Source of the DNA: a virus
Virus record (IMG/VR): IMGVR_UViG_3300042907_001518
Location: 1-64,000 of that record
Direction: 5' to 3' (one strand)
Length of the DNA: 64,000 bases
The notes beneath the pieces are model-generated. The model was not told where the DNA came from, did no database searches, and saw nothing but the letters and a program-made list of their open reading frames with translations. The position numbers and the translations under genes were made by a program. Shown here piece after piece: positions 50,618 to 59,095 of this stretch (positions are counted from its first letter, which is position 1; each line of letters opens with the position of its first letter).

Positions 50618-50803
50618 ATGGTTATCGAAGTTTTCAAAGATGGTCGAACGATTGGTTTTGTGGTTGCAAAAGATAGGCTATCTTCGGTCGATCTGATCGT
50701 TAAGGCTTTCCCCCAAGTGGATCGTGTTGAGACAAATTCATCGCTCCCCAAGAGTGATCCACGATGCAAAAAAATCGCTGAAAATGTTTACGCTTGGGCT
50801 TGA
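50618..50803 (+). CDS. Small hypothetical protein (paralog of 49202-49399)
   Basis: Follows promoter TTGACT 50565/TATAAT 50588. Confidence 0.7.
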   Translation: MVIEVFKDGRTIGFVVAKDRLSSVDLIVKAFPQVDRVETNSSLPKSDPRCKKIAENVYAWA

Positions 50804-50809
50804 CCCACT

Positions 50810-51190
50810 ATGCCAGACCTGATAGAATCCAACCAACACAGAAAAGGAAAGAATATGAAACAGAAATTTGAGATTATCGAAAACGCTAAGAAACAGGCCC
50901 GTATGTGCTTCCTTGGGATTGCTATCCCAACAGAAGTAAAGAATATTGATGGAGAAATGATTCAGGTTGAAAAGGTGATAAAGTTCAACCGTAAGGCTTT
51001 GAAGAATATCGGTAAGCGTAAGGCTGAAAAAGCCGATCCTAGGCTGATTGGTGGTGAAGATACCATGATCGTTCGGGCTGGAAAGCCGGGTTCGCGTGAA
51101 CGTGTTGAGGCTCTGACCATGCAGTATGGTGCTATCCTTGCTTGTGGTGAGGAAGTTTCGCCCTTCGCGTTCAAGGCTGATGACGAATGA
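50810..51190 (+). CDS. Hypothetical protein
   Basis: ORF track; start may be ATG 50854. Confidence 0.6.
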   Translation: MPDLIESNQHRKGKNMKQKFEIIENAKKQARMCFLGIAIPTEVKNIDGEMIQVEKVIKFNRKALKNIGKRKAEKADPRLIGGEDTMIVRAGKPGSRERVEALTMQYGAILACGEEVSPFAFKADDE

Positions 51191-51298
51191 AAACGAAAAA
51201 ACTGTTCAGAAAATGAAGAAAGAAACCCAACGGGCTATTTCTCATGTTATGATGTTGGAAAAAATGTATTTGGAAATGATCAAACAAAAGGAAAAGAA

Positions 51299-51613
51299 AT
51301 GACACACTCTGAAGCATACATGATGGTTCGCGGCAAGCGTGGCGTTATGCGTCGTAAGGTTGGTAACAATACCTATGCTGAAATCTTGCAGGATGGGTCG
51401 ATTGGTATCATGCTTCATAGTACGTATGTGGTAAAGATTCACACTGGCGATACATATACTATGCAAACGGGTGGGTGGTATACTGTTACTACAAAAGATA
51501 GAATCAATCAGTATGTTCCGGGACGAGTGTATCAAGCGGATGGGCAGTGGTACTATAAGCATCCTAAGGGCAAGACGTATGAATTCATCGACGGAATGGT
51601 AGTGGGGAATTGA
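51299..51613 (+). CDS. Phage hypothetical protein
   Basis: TGGWYTVTTKDRIN motif; ends 2 bp before element 5. Confidence 0.7.
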   Translation: MTHSEAYMMVRGKRGVMRRKVGNNTYAEILQDGSIGIMLHSTYVVKIHTGDTYTMQTGGWYTVTTKDRINQYVPGRVYQADGQWYYKHPKGKTYEFIDGMVVGN

Positions 51614-51615
51614 CG

Positions 51616-51693
51616 TAAAGCCTTGCCACTAAAGAACTTAGGGCGAGGCCGCGCCGCCCCGCGAAGCGTAAGTGCTTATGCTGCAACAACTTA
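51616..51693. repeat. Paired-palindrome element 5
   Basis: TAAAGCCTT-GCCACTA-AAGAACTTA / TAAGTGCTT-ATGCTGC-AACAACTTA. Confidence 0.9.
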
Positions 51694-51818
51694 CGACGAA
51701 TCTTAACGCAACTCTCGTGCCAAAAATATTTTTGTTTTTTCCAAAGATTTCGCTTGCATTGGTCGATTATATCTGTATAATGACAGCATCACAAGGGAAA
51801 CCCATAAGGAAGTCGATA

Positions 51819-52016
51819 ATGTATTCTTTCGAAGAAATCAACAGTATCCTTGATCAGATGGCACAGCAAGGTACAATTGAGCCTATGGTCGAGCCGATTG
51901 ACGATCCCAGCGAGGAAGTAAATTTTTGGGATTGGGCCGATGTGGTTGGTGCAGTTGACGATTTCGCTCCTCAGTCTATGGTTGACGAGGACGGTGAAGT
52001 ATGGTATGTTTCTTGA
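51819..52016 (+). CDS. Small acidic hypothetical protein
   Basis: AAGGAAG RBS; promoter TTGCAT 51754/TATAAT 51776. Confidence 0.6.
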   Translation: MYSFEEINSILDQMAQQGTIEPMVEPIDDPSEEVNFWDWADVVGAVDDFAPQSMVDEDGEVWYVS

Positions 52017-52026
52017 ATAGGAGAAA

Positions 52027-52272
52027 ATGATGAGTCACCCTGACCCCCTTTATGATGCTGATAACTCTTATGAGGATGATATGAATTACGATGACCACAA
52101 TGATTTTTGGGGATTGCCCGAAAATGAGTTGGATGAACTGCAAGATGAGGAAGACGAGGAGAATGATTGGGATGATTCGTATGATGATAGTATGGATGGG
52201 GATCATGAGAGTGGCCTATCTTCCGCTGGATGGGGAACCGATGAGGATTACGGCTACTATGGTGATGAGTGA
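52027..52272 (+). CDS. Very acidic small protein
   Basis: D/E-rich; ends SAGWGTDEDYG. Confidence 0.65.
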   Translation: MMSHPDPLYDADNSYEDDMNYDDHNDFWGLPENELDELQDEEDEENDWDDSYDDSMDGDHESGLSSAGWGTDEDYGYYGDE

Positions 52273-52304
52273 ATATTAATAGTTTAACTTTAAGGAAAAA
52301 AGAA

Positions 52305-52532
52305 ATGAAGTGCATTGTAACTCACACGGATACTTTTGCTGGTGAGGCTAACTACGGTTGGGTAAAGCGTTGGGAGTTTGTACCCAAGTATGAATCTCAG
52401 CGTAGCGTTATTCGCAAGGCCAAGGCTTTGGCCGGCTTTACGGGTGTAAAGTCTGAAACCGAAGATTATGGTGACGGCTATACCATTAAGCCTCGCGGCT
52501 ATGCTCAAATCATCTTTGTTGATTTTGAGTAA
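52305..52532 (+). CDS. Phage hypothetical protein
   Basis: TDTFAGEANYGWVKR motif; AAGGA RBS. Confidence 0.7.
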   Translation: MKCIVTHTDTFAGEANYGWVKRWEFVPKYESQRSVIRKAKALAGFTGVKSETEDYGDGYTIKPRGYAQIIFVDFE

Positions 52533-52546
52533 AGTTTTCCTCGTCG

Positions 52547-52624
52547 TAAACCCTTTGTACGTAAGCACTTAGGGCCGACGGGGCGCGCCGGCCTCGACGT
52601 AAGTCCTTTGATACCAAACACTTA
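52547..52624. repeat. Paired-palindrome element 6
   Basis: TAAACCCTT-TGTACGT-AAGCACTTA / TAAGTCCTT-TGATACC-AAACACTTA. Confidence 0.9.
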
Positions 52625-52735
52625 CGGCTAAAAAGATTTTTCTCTTTGGCATGGCATTATTTTTCAAGAATCCCTCTTGCATTGGTCGATAAATATGATA
52701 TGCTTAGGGTATCACAAGAGAAGAAAGGGTTAATC

Positions 52736-52999
52736 ATGAGTGTTGACGGAACCTATAACGGATACGCTAACTACCAGACTTGGAACGTTTGTCTGTGGAT
52801 TGCCAATGATCAATTTCTGTATGGTCTGGCAAGTCAATGTGAGTCTTATAATGATTTTAAGATTTTACTGCGTGATATTTTTGACTCGAACGATATGAAG
52901 CATGAAACGCCGGACAGCGTTTCTTGGAACGATAGCGGCATCAACCTTGCGGAATTGCAAGAGTTTTGGGTCGAAAATTTTTCTAAAGTTTGTGCTTGA
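52736..52999 (+). CDS. Phage hypothetical protein
   Basis: YNGYANYQTWNVCLWIAND motif. Confidence 0.7.
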   Translation: MSVDGTYNGYANYQTWNVCLWIANDQFLYGLASQCESYNDFKILLRDIFDSNDMKHETPDSVSWNDSGINLAELQEFWVENFSKVCA

Positions 53000-53059
53000 C
53001 AAGTGTCGATAATAGGGTAGAATGGTGCTAAAGGGTTTTTCTAACTGAAGGAGTTTCTT

Positions 53060-53470
53060 ATGAACGACGTGATTTTGTTTGGTTTGATTTTTGCTGGTGT
53101 GGTTGCTTGTATGATTGCGTTCGGTGGCTTTCATATCTATCGTGGCGTTAACGGTAGCCTTGCTAATGCTCAGGTTGGAGAAGTTTATAACTTTGAATAT
53201 CTCCAGCCGCATCATGGTGATCCGGTGCGAGTGCTTGCTAGGGTGATCGAACCTGCGTATACGCTTAGTGATGAGAGTATCCGTAGGCTGAATACTAAGA
53301 GCAACTATCGTATCAGTGATCCTGAGTTCAAGCGTACTCGCCACCTTGTAACGTGCGAGACTCCCAATGGTGAAGTGCGACAGTTCTATGCCGAGCGTGC
53401 TAAGAACGTGCGTCGTCCTCTTCTTGCGGGACTGCTCTTCCGTACAGGAACTGCACACCTGTTCGCGTGA
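53060..53470 (+). CDS. Membrane-anchored hypothetical protein
   Basis: N-terminal TM helix; own promoter TTGACA 52996/TAGAAT 53018; AAGGAG RBS. Confidence 0.7.
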   Translation: MNDVILFGLIFAGVVACMIAFGGFHIYRGVNGSLANAQVGEVYNFEYLQPHHGDPVRVLARVIEPAYTLSDESIRRLNTKSNYRISDPEFKRTRHLVTCETPNGEVRQFYAERAKNVRRPLLAGLLFRTGTAHLFA

Positions 53471-53500
53471 ACGATTGTTCAGTTCGGTTAACCCTGGCCC

Positions 53501-53578
53501 TAAGTTGTTGCCACGCAATGACTTAGGGTTCGGGGGCGCCGCCGAGTTGGTCGTAACTCCTTATCTCATAAGGGCTTA
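53501..53578. repeat. Paired-palindrome element 7
   Basis: TAAGTTGTT-GCCACGC-AATGACTTA / TAACTCCTT-ATCTCAT-AAGGGCTTA. Confidence 0.9.
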
Positions 53579-53644
53579 CAGAATATTTAAATAATGCTTG
53601 ACAAAATGCCGATATAGTATATACTAGACACAACAGGAGACAGT

Positions 53645-53779
53645 ATGCAAAAATATGCTTGGATAATTTGGGTAGGATGCGAGATTAAGGGAACTATAGA
53701 AGCATATAGTGCCTGGGAAGCAGAGGCAAAAGCAGTAGAAAAATTCGGCAAATTGGTTAGGGTTGAACGAGATTGCTAG
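53645..53779 (+). CDS. Small hypothetical protein (44 aa)
   Basis: Promoter TTGACA 53598; AGGAGA RBS. Confidence 0.6.
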   Translation: MQKYAWIIWVGCEIKGTIEAYSAWEAEAKAVEKFGKLVRVERDC

Positions 53780-53784
53780 TTTCA

Positions 53785-53823
53785 CCTAATCCTACGGATT
53801 TGGGCTGGGTGGGTATAGTCAGC
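53785..53823. repeat. TAGTCAG-family repeat, copy 1
   Basis: CCTAATCCTACGGATTTGGGCTGGGTGGGTATAGTCAGC; similar copies at 55585, 62334, 63472, 63535 and about 63672. Confidence 0.7.
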
Positions 53824-53867
53824 GAGAACCTCTTGACAAATGAATTTTAGCAGTGTAGGATAGACTT

Positions 53868-54146
53868 ATGGAATATGGATACGGCGAAGGGTTGTGGATC
53901 AATGGCTCTCACTGGTATGGTGATCCGTATCATTTGTATTCTGATTTTACTACCAATTTTGATTTGAGTCCTAACCCTTTATATATTTATAATGATGGTG
54001 GACAGAATCTCTATATCTTTTATAATGCTGTTCTCAAGCCAGATATCCAGCCCGTACCAGTACCCGAACCATCTTGCCTATTCTTGGCAGTATGCTCAAT
54101 CTTAATGATCTTTTTTTTAAAGAAAAGGGTCTTGACAAGTCGATAA
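53868..54146 (+). CDS. Small protein with a PEP-CTERM-like sorting signal
   Basis: C-terminal VPEPS, hydrophobic helix, then KKR. Confidence 0.65.
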   Translation: MEYGYGEGLWINGSHWYGDPYHLYSDFTTNFDLSPNPLYIYNDGGQNLYIFYNAVLKPDIQPVPVPEPSCLFLAVCSILMIFFLKKRVLTSR

Positions 54147-54188
54147 TAGAGTGTAGAATGATTGAAGAACAAGCAAACGCTTGTTGGC

Positions 54189-54402
54189 TGTGTCGGGCCG
54201 AGCAGCCGGTAAAAACGGTAGTTGATGTCCTAGGAAACGTCTTCTACAATCGGTCCTAACAATACAAACTTGCGTATGGTAGTTGCTACTACTAGAGAGA
54301 TAGCCCAGCAAACAGCGTCTGCATCTAATGGGTGTACGGGGTTGCCGACCTAGGCTATAGGAAGGCTTATGCTGCTCTCTATTGGGTTGGATTCCCGACA
54401 TA
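54189..54402 (+). ncRNA. Candidate structured non-coding RNA
   Basis: Follows promoter TTGACA 54132/TAGAAT 54154; no credible ORF; nested long-range stems TGTGTCGGG/CCCGACATA and GAGCAGC/GCTGCTC. Confidence 0.5.
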
Positions 54403-54604
54403 CGTTATAATACAACCAGTAACCGTCACCAAGAGCCAGACTAACCGGAACATGATGCTAGCAGTTCATCCGGTTACAGGGAGGTTTCCGTGGGCGGTTT
54501 CCACCAGTGTTTACCTTGCTCCAAGGGTTCAGAATATCGGAGTATTGGTGGATTATAGAATCGGATCGTAAAAGATTCGCTGGTTTTAATACAAAGGAAA
54601 AAGA

Positions 54605-54766
54605 ATGACTAAAGATGAAGCAATAATTAAGGTTCTCAAGGTTCTAAAGAATCCTATGCTGGTTATGAGTCCTGCTAAACAAGAGGCATTGACTTTAGCA
54701 GAAGAATACGGTATAATGGCTAAAGATTTGATTGAGAGTTGGTCGAATATAGCAATGAGGACATAA
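54605..54766 (+). CDS. Small hypothetical protein
   Basis: AAGGA RBS; translationally coupled to next ORF. Confidence 0.55.
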   Translation: MTKDEAIIKVLKVLKNPMLVMSPAKQEALTLAEEYGIMAKDLIESWSNIAMRT

Positions 54767-54990
54767 TGACTGTTAACGAACTTATCGAGGCTCTTAACCA
54801 CTATCCCGGCAATATGAGGGTTCTTACTCTTGGATATGAGGGTGGATATGATGATGTGGGCATACGAACCGAAGAGATTGTGTTCAATGTTAATGATAAA
54901 GACACTTGGTATTATGGGCCTCATGAATGTGTGAAGTATACCGATAGTGATGCTGGTACAAAATGTTTGATTGTTTGGAGGGGAAAATGA
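54766..54990 (+). CDS. Phage hypothetical protein
   Basis: MTVNELIEAL..YP...RV..GYEGG pattern; GAGGA RBS. Confidence 0.7.
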   Translation: MTVNELIEALNHYPGNMRVLTLGYEGGYDDVGIRTEEIVFNVNDKDTWYYGPHECVKYTDSDAGTKCLIVWRGK

Positions 54991-55111
54991 TCTATCTTAA
55001 TCTTAATGAGATTGAGCGATTGGCCGAAATCGTATCCGAACTGGTTAAGTTGGGTATGAGTGTTACTGCTGAACTCAAATATGATAGGTGGCAGATAGAG
55101 GTATATAAGTA

Positions 55112-55366
55112 ATGGAATGGATTAGTTTTCATGGACCACGACGCCCTATTAATGGCCAGAAGATTATCTATTATGGTGAGGCTATTGGTGTGTGGCGTGG
55201 AGTCTATAAAATAGATTACAATGATAAGTTCTGTATTCATATCATTCATTGCGGTGAATCGTGGGGTGCTGTAGACTATATGGATGCTCCATGGTGGATG
55301 CCAGATGAGGGACAAGATAAGCCAGCACCACCAGAGTTCGATTATCCACCAGATTATCCTAAGTGA
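55112..55366 (+). CDS. Hypothetical protein
   Basis: MEWIS start; 3' end overlaps element 8. Confidence 0.6.
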   Translation: MEWISFHGPRRPINGQKIIYYGEAIGVWRGVYKIDYNDKFCIHIIHCGESWGAVDYMDAPWWMPDEGQDKPAPPEFDYPPDYPK

Positions 55367-55437
55367 TTACTGTATAAGGACTTAGAGCGAATCGGGCGGG
55401 CCAAATTTGTCGTAAGTTCTTATCCTACAAGCACTTA
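55360..55437. repeat. Paired-palindrome element 8
   Basis: TAAGTGATT-ACTGTAT-AAGGACTTA / TAAGTTCTT-ATCCTAC-AAGCACTTA. Confidence 0.9.
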
Positions 55438-55673
55438 GGATTTTTTAAAGAACCCTATTGACAAAAGCCGATAATAGTAGTATACTAGAACAAGACGATA
55501 GATGAGGGCCGCTGGCAGAATGATATCAAAGAAGCCGCGGTTAAATGCAAAGCCGAGTATGGCATAACCCAATCTATTGTTTTTCCTAATCCTAGCGGAT
55601 TGGCGTGAGTGGCTGTAGTCAGCGAATATCTAGTGGTCTTGACAACGATTGGTCGATAAGGTATACTATAAGC

Positions 55674-56099
55674 ATGAAACAGAACAAACTACATGGCGAA
55701 GTTCGATTTCACCTGAGTAATGGCCAGCATTATATGCACTGGCAAGTGAAAGTTAAGCAGGGTGGCGAGACTGTTGATGTCTATTATTATAACCCCAAAG
55801 AATATCAGTTGGAAATGATTGGTTGTAAATTAGTGAATAAGCCTAATAAAGCCAAGAAAGTTCATGCTGCTGGTGTGCATGATGTTAGTGGGTGGGTGCG
55901 ATGTGAAGAAGTTATGTTGAGGAAGGATTTTCATCCGGCTCTACCTATTGACAATCTTGAGAAGTTGTTTTATAACCCATTAAGAGATCCATACTGGCGA
56001 CGAGAAAGTGACAATAGTGAGTTTATTTGGGACAATACCGAATACTCCACATTGATTACACAGGGCAAACAAGTTTACGTTTTAGAGGAAAGAACCTAA
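55674..56099 (+). CDS. Hypothetical protein
   Basis: Promoter TTGACA 55639/TATACT 55662, apparently leaderless; stop TAA starts element 9. Confidence 0.7.
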   Translation: MKQNKLHGEVRFHLSNGQHYMHWQVKVKQGGETVDVYYYNPKEYQLEMIGCKLVNKPNKAKKVHAAGVHDVSGWVRCEEVMLRKDFHPALPIDNLEKLFYNPLRDPYWRRESDNSEFIWDNTEYSTLITQGKQVYVLEERT

Positions 56100-56174
56100 A
56101 GCCTTGCTGCTAAAAGACTTAGCACAAGGCGGGCCGGCCCCGCTCGTCATAACTCCTTATCTACCAACCACTTA
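56097..56174. repeat. Paired-palindrome element 9
   Basis: TAAAGCCTT-GCTGCTA-AAAGACTTA / TAACTCCTT-ATCTACC-AACCACTTA. Confidence 0.9.
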
Positions 56175-56377
56175 GAACAAATTTGAGAAATCTAGAAAAG
56201 GATTCACGAACGGGGTTGACAGTGCCGATAAGTATAGTATACTGATAGCATCACACGACAAGACGACCGCAGATGCCAACAGCAGAAACCATCTGGCAGA
56301 CTCTTGACAAATGATGTTTGATAGGGTATAGTTACTTTACTTGGTTCGATAACACTTTTGGAAAGGTTAGGTTGATT

Positions 56378-56635
56378 ATGCGTACTTATGATTTTGCTGT
56401 TGCGGTTGCTTCTGACTCGCTGGATACTGAGGTGGTTGAGGATACGATCAAGCAGGCTCTTGCTGATGGTCTGCCCGATGGTACTCTTGTGGTTGTAAAG
56501 GCCCAGGGGATCAAGGATTATTCGGAGCAGGGTTGGAAGGTTGCTCGTAATCGTAAGTTTGGCGTGAGCGTCAAGCAGGCCGGTGATGGTCACAAGGCTA
56601 AGACTACTAAGGTTGAAGTTGAGACTGTTGCCTGA
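56378..56635 (+). CDS. Hypothetical protein
   Basis: Biased codon usage; followed by a terminator. Confidence 0.65.
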   Translation: MRTYDFAVAVASDSLDTEVVEDTIKQALADGLPDGTLVVVKAQGIKDYSEQGWKVARNRKFGVSVKQAGDGHKAKTTKVEVETVA

Positions 56636-56657
56636 GTATAAAAATATGCTATAATAT

Positions 56658-56698
56658 CCGATAGACCGCTGGTGTTGAACTGGCGGCTATCGGTTTTT
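56658..56698 (+). terminator. Rho-independent terminator
   Basis: CCGATAG.CCGC...GCGGCTATCGG followed by TTTTT. Confidence 0.7.
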
Positions 56699-56700
56699 AT

Positions 56701-56772
56701 GGCCCCATAGTTAAATGGATATAACAAGTGCCTTCTAAGCACTGGTTAGAGGTTCGATTCCTCTTGGGGCTA
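56701..56772 (+). tRNA. tRNA-Arg(TCT)
   Basis: Acceptor GGCCCCA/TGGGGCT; anticodon arm AGTGC-CTTCTAA-GCACT; GGTTCGATTCC. Confidence 0.9.
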
Positions 56773-56778
56773 CTTTTG

Positions 56779-56852
56779 GGGGGTGTAGATCAATCGGTTA
56801 GATCGCCAGCCTGTCACGCTGGAGGTTGCGGGTTCGAGTCCCGTCACCCTCG
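56779..56852 (+). tRNA. tRNA-Asp(GTC)
   Basis: Anticodon arm CCAGC-CTGTCAC-GCTGG; GGTTCGAGTCC. Confidence 0.92.
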
Positions 56853-56859
56853 CTTGCTC

Positions 56860-56937
56860 TAAGTATATACTGCATAAGGACTTAGGGTTCGTCCGCGGGG
56901 CCTCGTTCGTCGTAACTCGTGATGAGACAAGAACTTA
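56860..56937. repeat. Paired-palindrome element 10
   Basis: TAAGTATAT-ACTGCAT-AAGGACTTA / TAACTCGTG-ATGAGAC-AAGAACTTA. Confidence 0.88.
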
Positions 56938-57018
56938 CGTCAAAAATATTTTTACCAAAGTTTTTCTCTTGACTGTGCCGATACCATAGTGTAGAATCGC
57001 TATACATAGGAGACAATC

Positions 57019-57729
57019 ATGAAAACCGCAAATGGTAATGATAAGTTGGGTAAGGAAAACTGCATCGTAGTGAGTCGTCCCGTTGGCGATACTTGTCCTA
57101 GCGATTGTGATTTTCTCGGAAACGGATGCTATGCTGAGGATTTGGAAAATATCTATCCCGGTGTTCGTCCCGCTGGTATGCAAAATCTTATCACGGAAAA
57201 AAATCGTATTCGTGCCATGCTGGTCGATGCCGCTAAGAAAAATAAGGATGTCCGGTGGCATGAGCGTGGCGACTTTTTCAAGTATGGTGAACTTGACACT
57301 GAATATGTCGATAATGTACTGTGGGCTTGTGAGAGTATCTTGTCCAGTGGCGGTAGTCTGCCGACTATGTGGGCCTATACCCATATTTATGATGCTCGGT
57401 TGTCTACCGAACTTGGCAAGTATATCAATATGTATGCTAGTATTCATAATGGTGAAGATATGAAACAAGCAAAAGAGGCTGGTTTCAAGCATTTCGCATG
57501 GTGTGATAGTGATACTAAGATTGCTCCGAAGCGTCCTCGCAGTAAGGCTAAAGCCGACGCATGGAGAGCGGCACTGCCGAAACTGATTGTGCTGGAAGGT
57601 GAGAAGTTTATCACTTGCCCGGAAATTCGTCGTGGTCGTGGTGTTGTGACTTGCACCGAAAGTAAAAATAGTGTACACTGCGATTTGTGTCCGCGTGGTC
57701 TGGCTAATGTTTTGTTTCCATCTCACTAA
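57019..57729 (+). CDS. Cys-rich phage protein (Gp88-like, possibly metal-binding)
   Basis: TCP..C....CYA, VRWHERGDF, WAYT, CPE and C..C motifs. Confidence 0.6.
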   Translation: MKTANGNDKLGKENCIVVSRPVGDTCPSDCDFLGNGCYAEDLENIYPGVRPAGMQNLITEKNRIRAMLVDAAKKNKDVRWHERGDFFKYGELDTEYVDNVLWACESILSSGGSLPTMWAYTHIYDARLSTELGKYINMYASIHNGEDMKQAKEAGFKHFAWCDSDTKIAPKRPRSKAKADAWRAALPKLIVLEGEKFITCPEIRRGRGVVTCTESKNSVHCDLCPRGLANVLFPSH

Positions 57730-57736
57730 GGAACGG

Positions 57737-58270
57737 ATGATGACATACGTTTTAGAAAAGTATCATTCTTGCGGTAGCCGGTCTGACTTTTATACTCTCA
57801 AGGATAGTATCTATGGTTTCAAAACTTTTAAAAACAAAGATGATGCTGAACGTGCTAGGTCAACTCAAATAGTATTAGCCGAGCATGATCTTGCTCCGAA
57901 AGTATACAGTGAAGTAGGCCGGATTAAGGTTGGAAAAAGCAAAAAACGTCAACAATTAAGTAATTGGGGATATATCACAGAGGTTGCGGAATTGCCCGGC
58001 TGTGGTGGAAACGCTTGTGAATGTGGAGACTGTGAGTATCTTGAAGATGAGTTATTTGATGAAATAGAAAATTTAAAATTTGAGATTAATGAAACCACTA
58101 ACTACTATTTTTCAGATGCTCACGTTGGGAATATAGGATATGTACGCAGAGGGATTCATAAACTTTTGGTTTGCATAGATACTGGATATGAAAGCGTAAG
58201 CACTTATGATCCAGACGATGATGATTGTGATTGTTCGATATGTATGGCGGCAGCGAAAGGCAACAAATAA
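57737..58270 (+). CDS. Protein-kinase-like fold protein
   Basis: GFK, LAPKVY, DAHVGNIG (catalytic-loop-like) and CIDTG (DFG-like) motifs. Confidence 0.55.
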   Translation: MMTYVLEKYHSCGSRSDFYTLKDSIYGFKTFKNKDDAERARSTQIVLAEHDLAPKVYSEVGRIKVGKSKKRQQLSNWGYITEVAELPGCGGNACECGDCEYLEDELFDEIENLKFEINETTNYYFSDAHVGNIGYVRRGIHKLLVCIDTGYESVSTYDPDDDDCDCSICMAAAKGNK

Positions 58271-58509
58271 TGAAATATTATATTAAATGTGGAACACTAC
58301 AACTAAAATATAGTACAGATAAAAATCCTATTGACGCAGCAGTAACTACTCTGGGAGAAAGTAATAAATTCGATGTGTTGGGTGAGCATTTCTATATTGA
58401 TGAACGTGGTTTTAGGGATTATGCTAGTGCTGACAAACTCACGCAGGTAATTAAGTTAAGTAAGGTGTGTAGATTAGCCGGTTGGGAACTAAACAGAGAA
58501 GACGAATAA
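58270..58509 (+). CDS. Hypothetical protein
   Basis: Coupled start; DERGFR motif. Confidence 0.6.
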   Translation: MKYYIKCGTLQLKYSTDKNPIDAAVTTLGESNKFDVLGEHFYIDERGFRDYASADKLTQVIKLSKVCRLAGWELNREDE

Positions 58510-58517
58510 ACAACCCG

Positions 58518-58595
58518 TAAACCCTTTGTGTGTAAGCACTTAGGGCTTGCGGGGCCGGCCCGGTTTGACGTAAGTCCTTATCTCATAACAACTTA
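58518..58595. repeat. Paired-palindrome element 11
   Basis: TAAACCCTT-TGTGTGT-AAGCACTTA / TAAGTCCTT-ATCTCAT-AACAACTTA. Confidence 0.9.
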
Positions 58596-58698
58596 CGGAA
58601 AATCTTAAAAATCTCTCAAGTTCCACCCGTAGGCTGTCGATATATAGAATATGATCACAAGAATCAAGGTTAGATGGGTATTGACAAGAAGTGAACGT

Positions 58699-58941
58699 AT
58701 GATACAATGGGTGGGTGTTTTGATTGCTTTATTCGGTTTGGCCTATACTGGTGTAAAGGATTATCAGAAGGGGGAAATCAAACTTCCGACGATTCAAAAA
58801 CCCTTGACAAAAACAGTTTATCCTATACAATATTGCTTAATGGCTTACGATCCTAACTTAGAAAAGGTTTTTTACTTACACGAAAATGGTCAATGGTATG
58901 ATTACGCTCCACAACAACGACGATATGCGTCCTCGCCGTAA
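58699..58941 (+). CDS. Small membrane-anchored protein
   Basis: N-terminal hydrophobic helix. Confidence 0.55.
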   Translation: MIQWVGVLIALFGLAYTGVKDYQKGEIKLPTIQKPLTKTVYPIQYCLMAYDPNLEKVFYLHENGQWYDYAPQQRRYASSP

Positions 58942-59092
58942 ATACAGCAATATTAAGATTCAGACTAAAAAATCATGGGAAGTACCTACGGGTCACAGGG
59001 AACACCGTGATACGCTCATGGACAATCGCCCGAAGCGTCAGCGTACCAGAAAAGATATTGACAGGAGTTGGCGTAAAGAGTATGATATGTAG
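58925..59092 (+). CDS. Small basic protein
   Basis: R/K-rich; DNRPKRQRTR. Confidence 0.55.
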   Translation: MRPRRKYSNIKIQTKKSWEVPTGHREHRDTLMDNRPKRQRTRKDIDRSWRKEYDM

Positions 59093-59095
59093 ATT

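Noticed and set aside
54189-54402. tmRNA, suggested by the GGGTTGGATTCCC T-arm-like segment
   Set aside because: No GGGG 5' acceptor with a G3-U pair, no CCA end and no tag reading frame.
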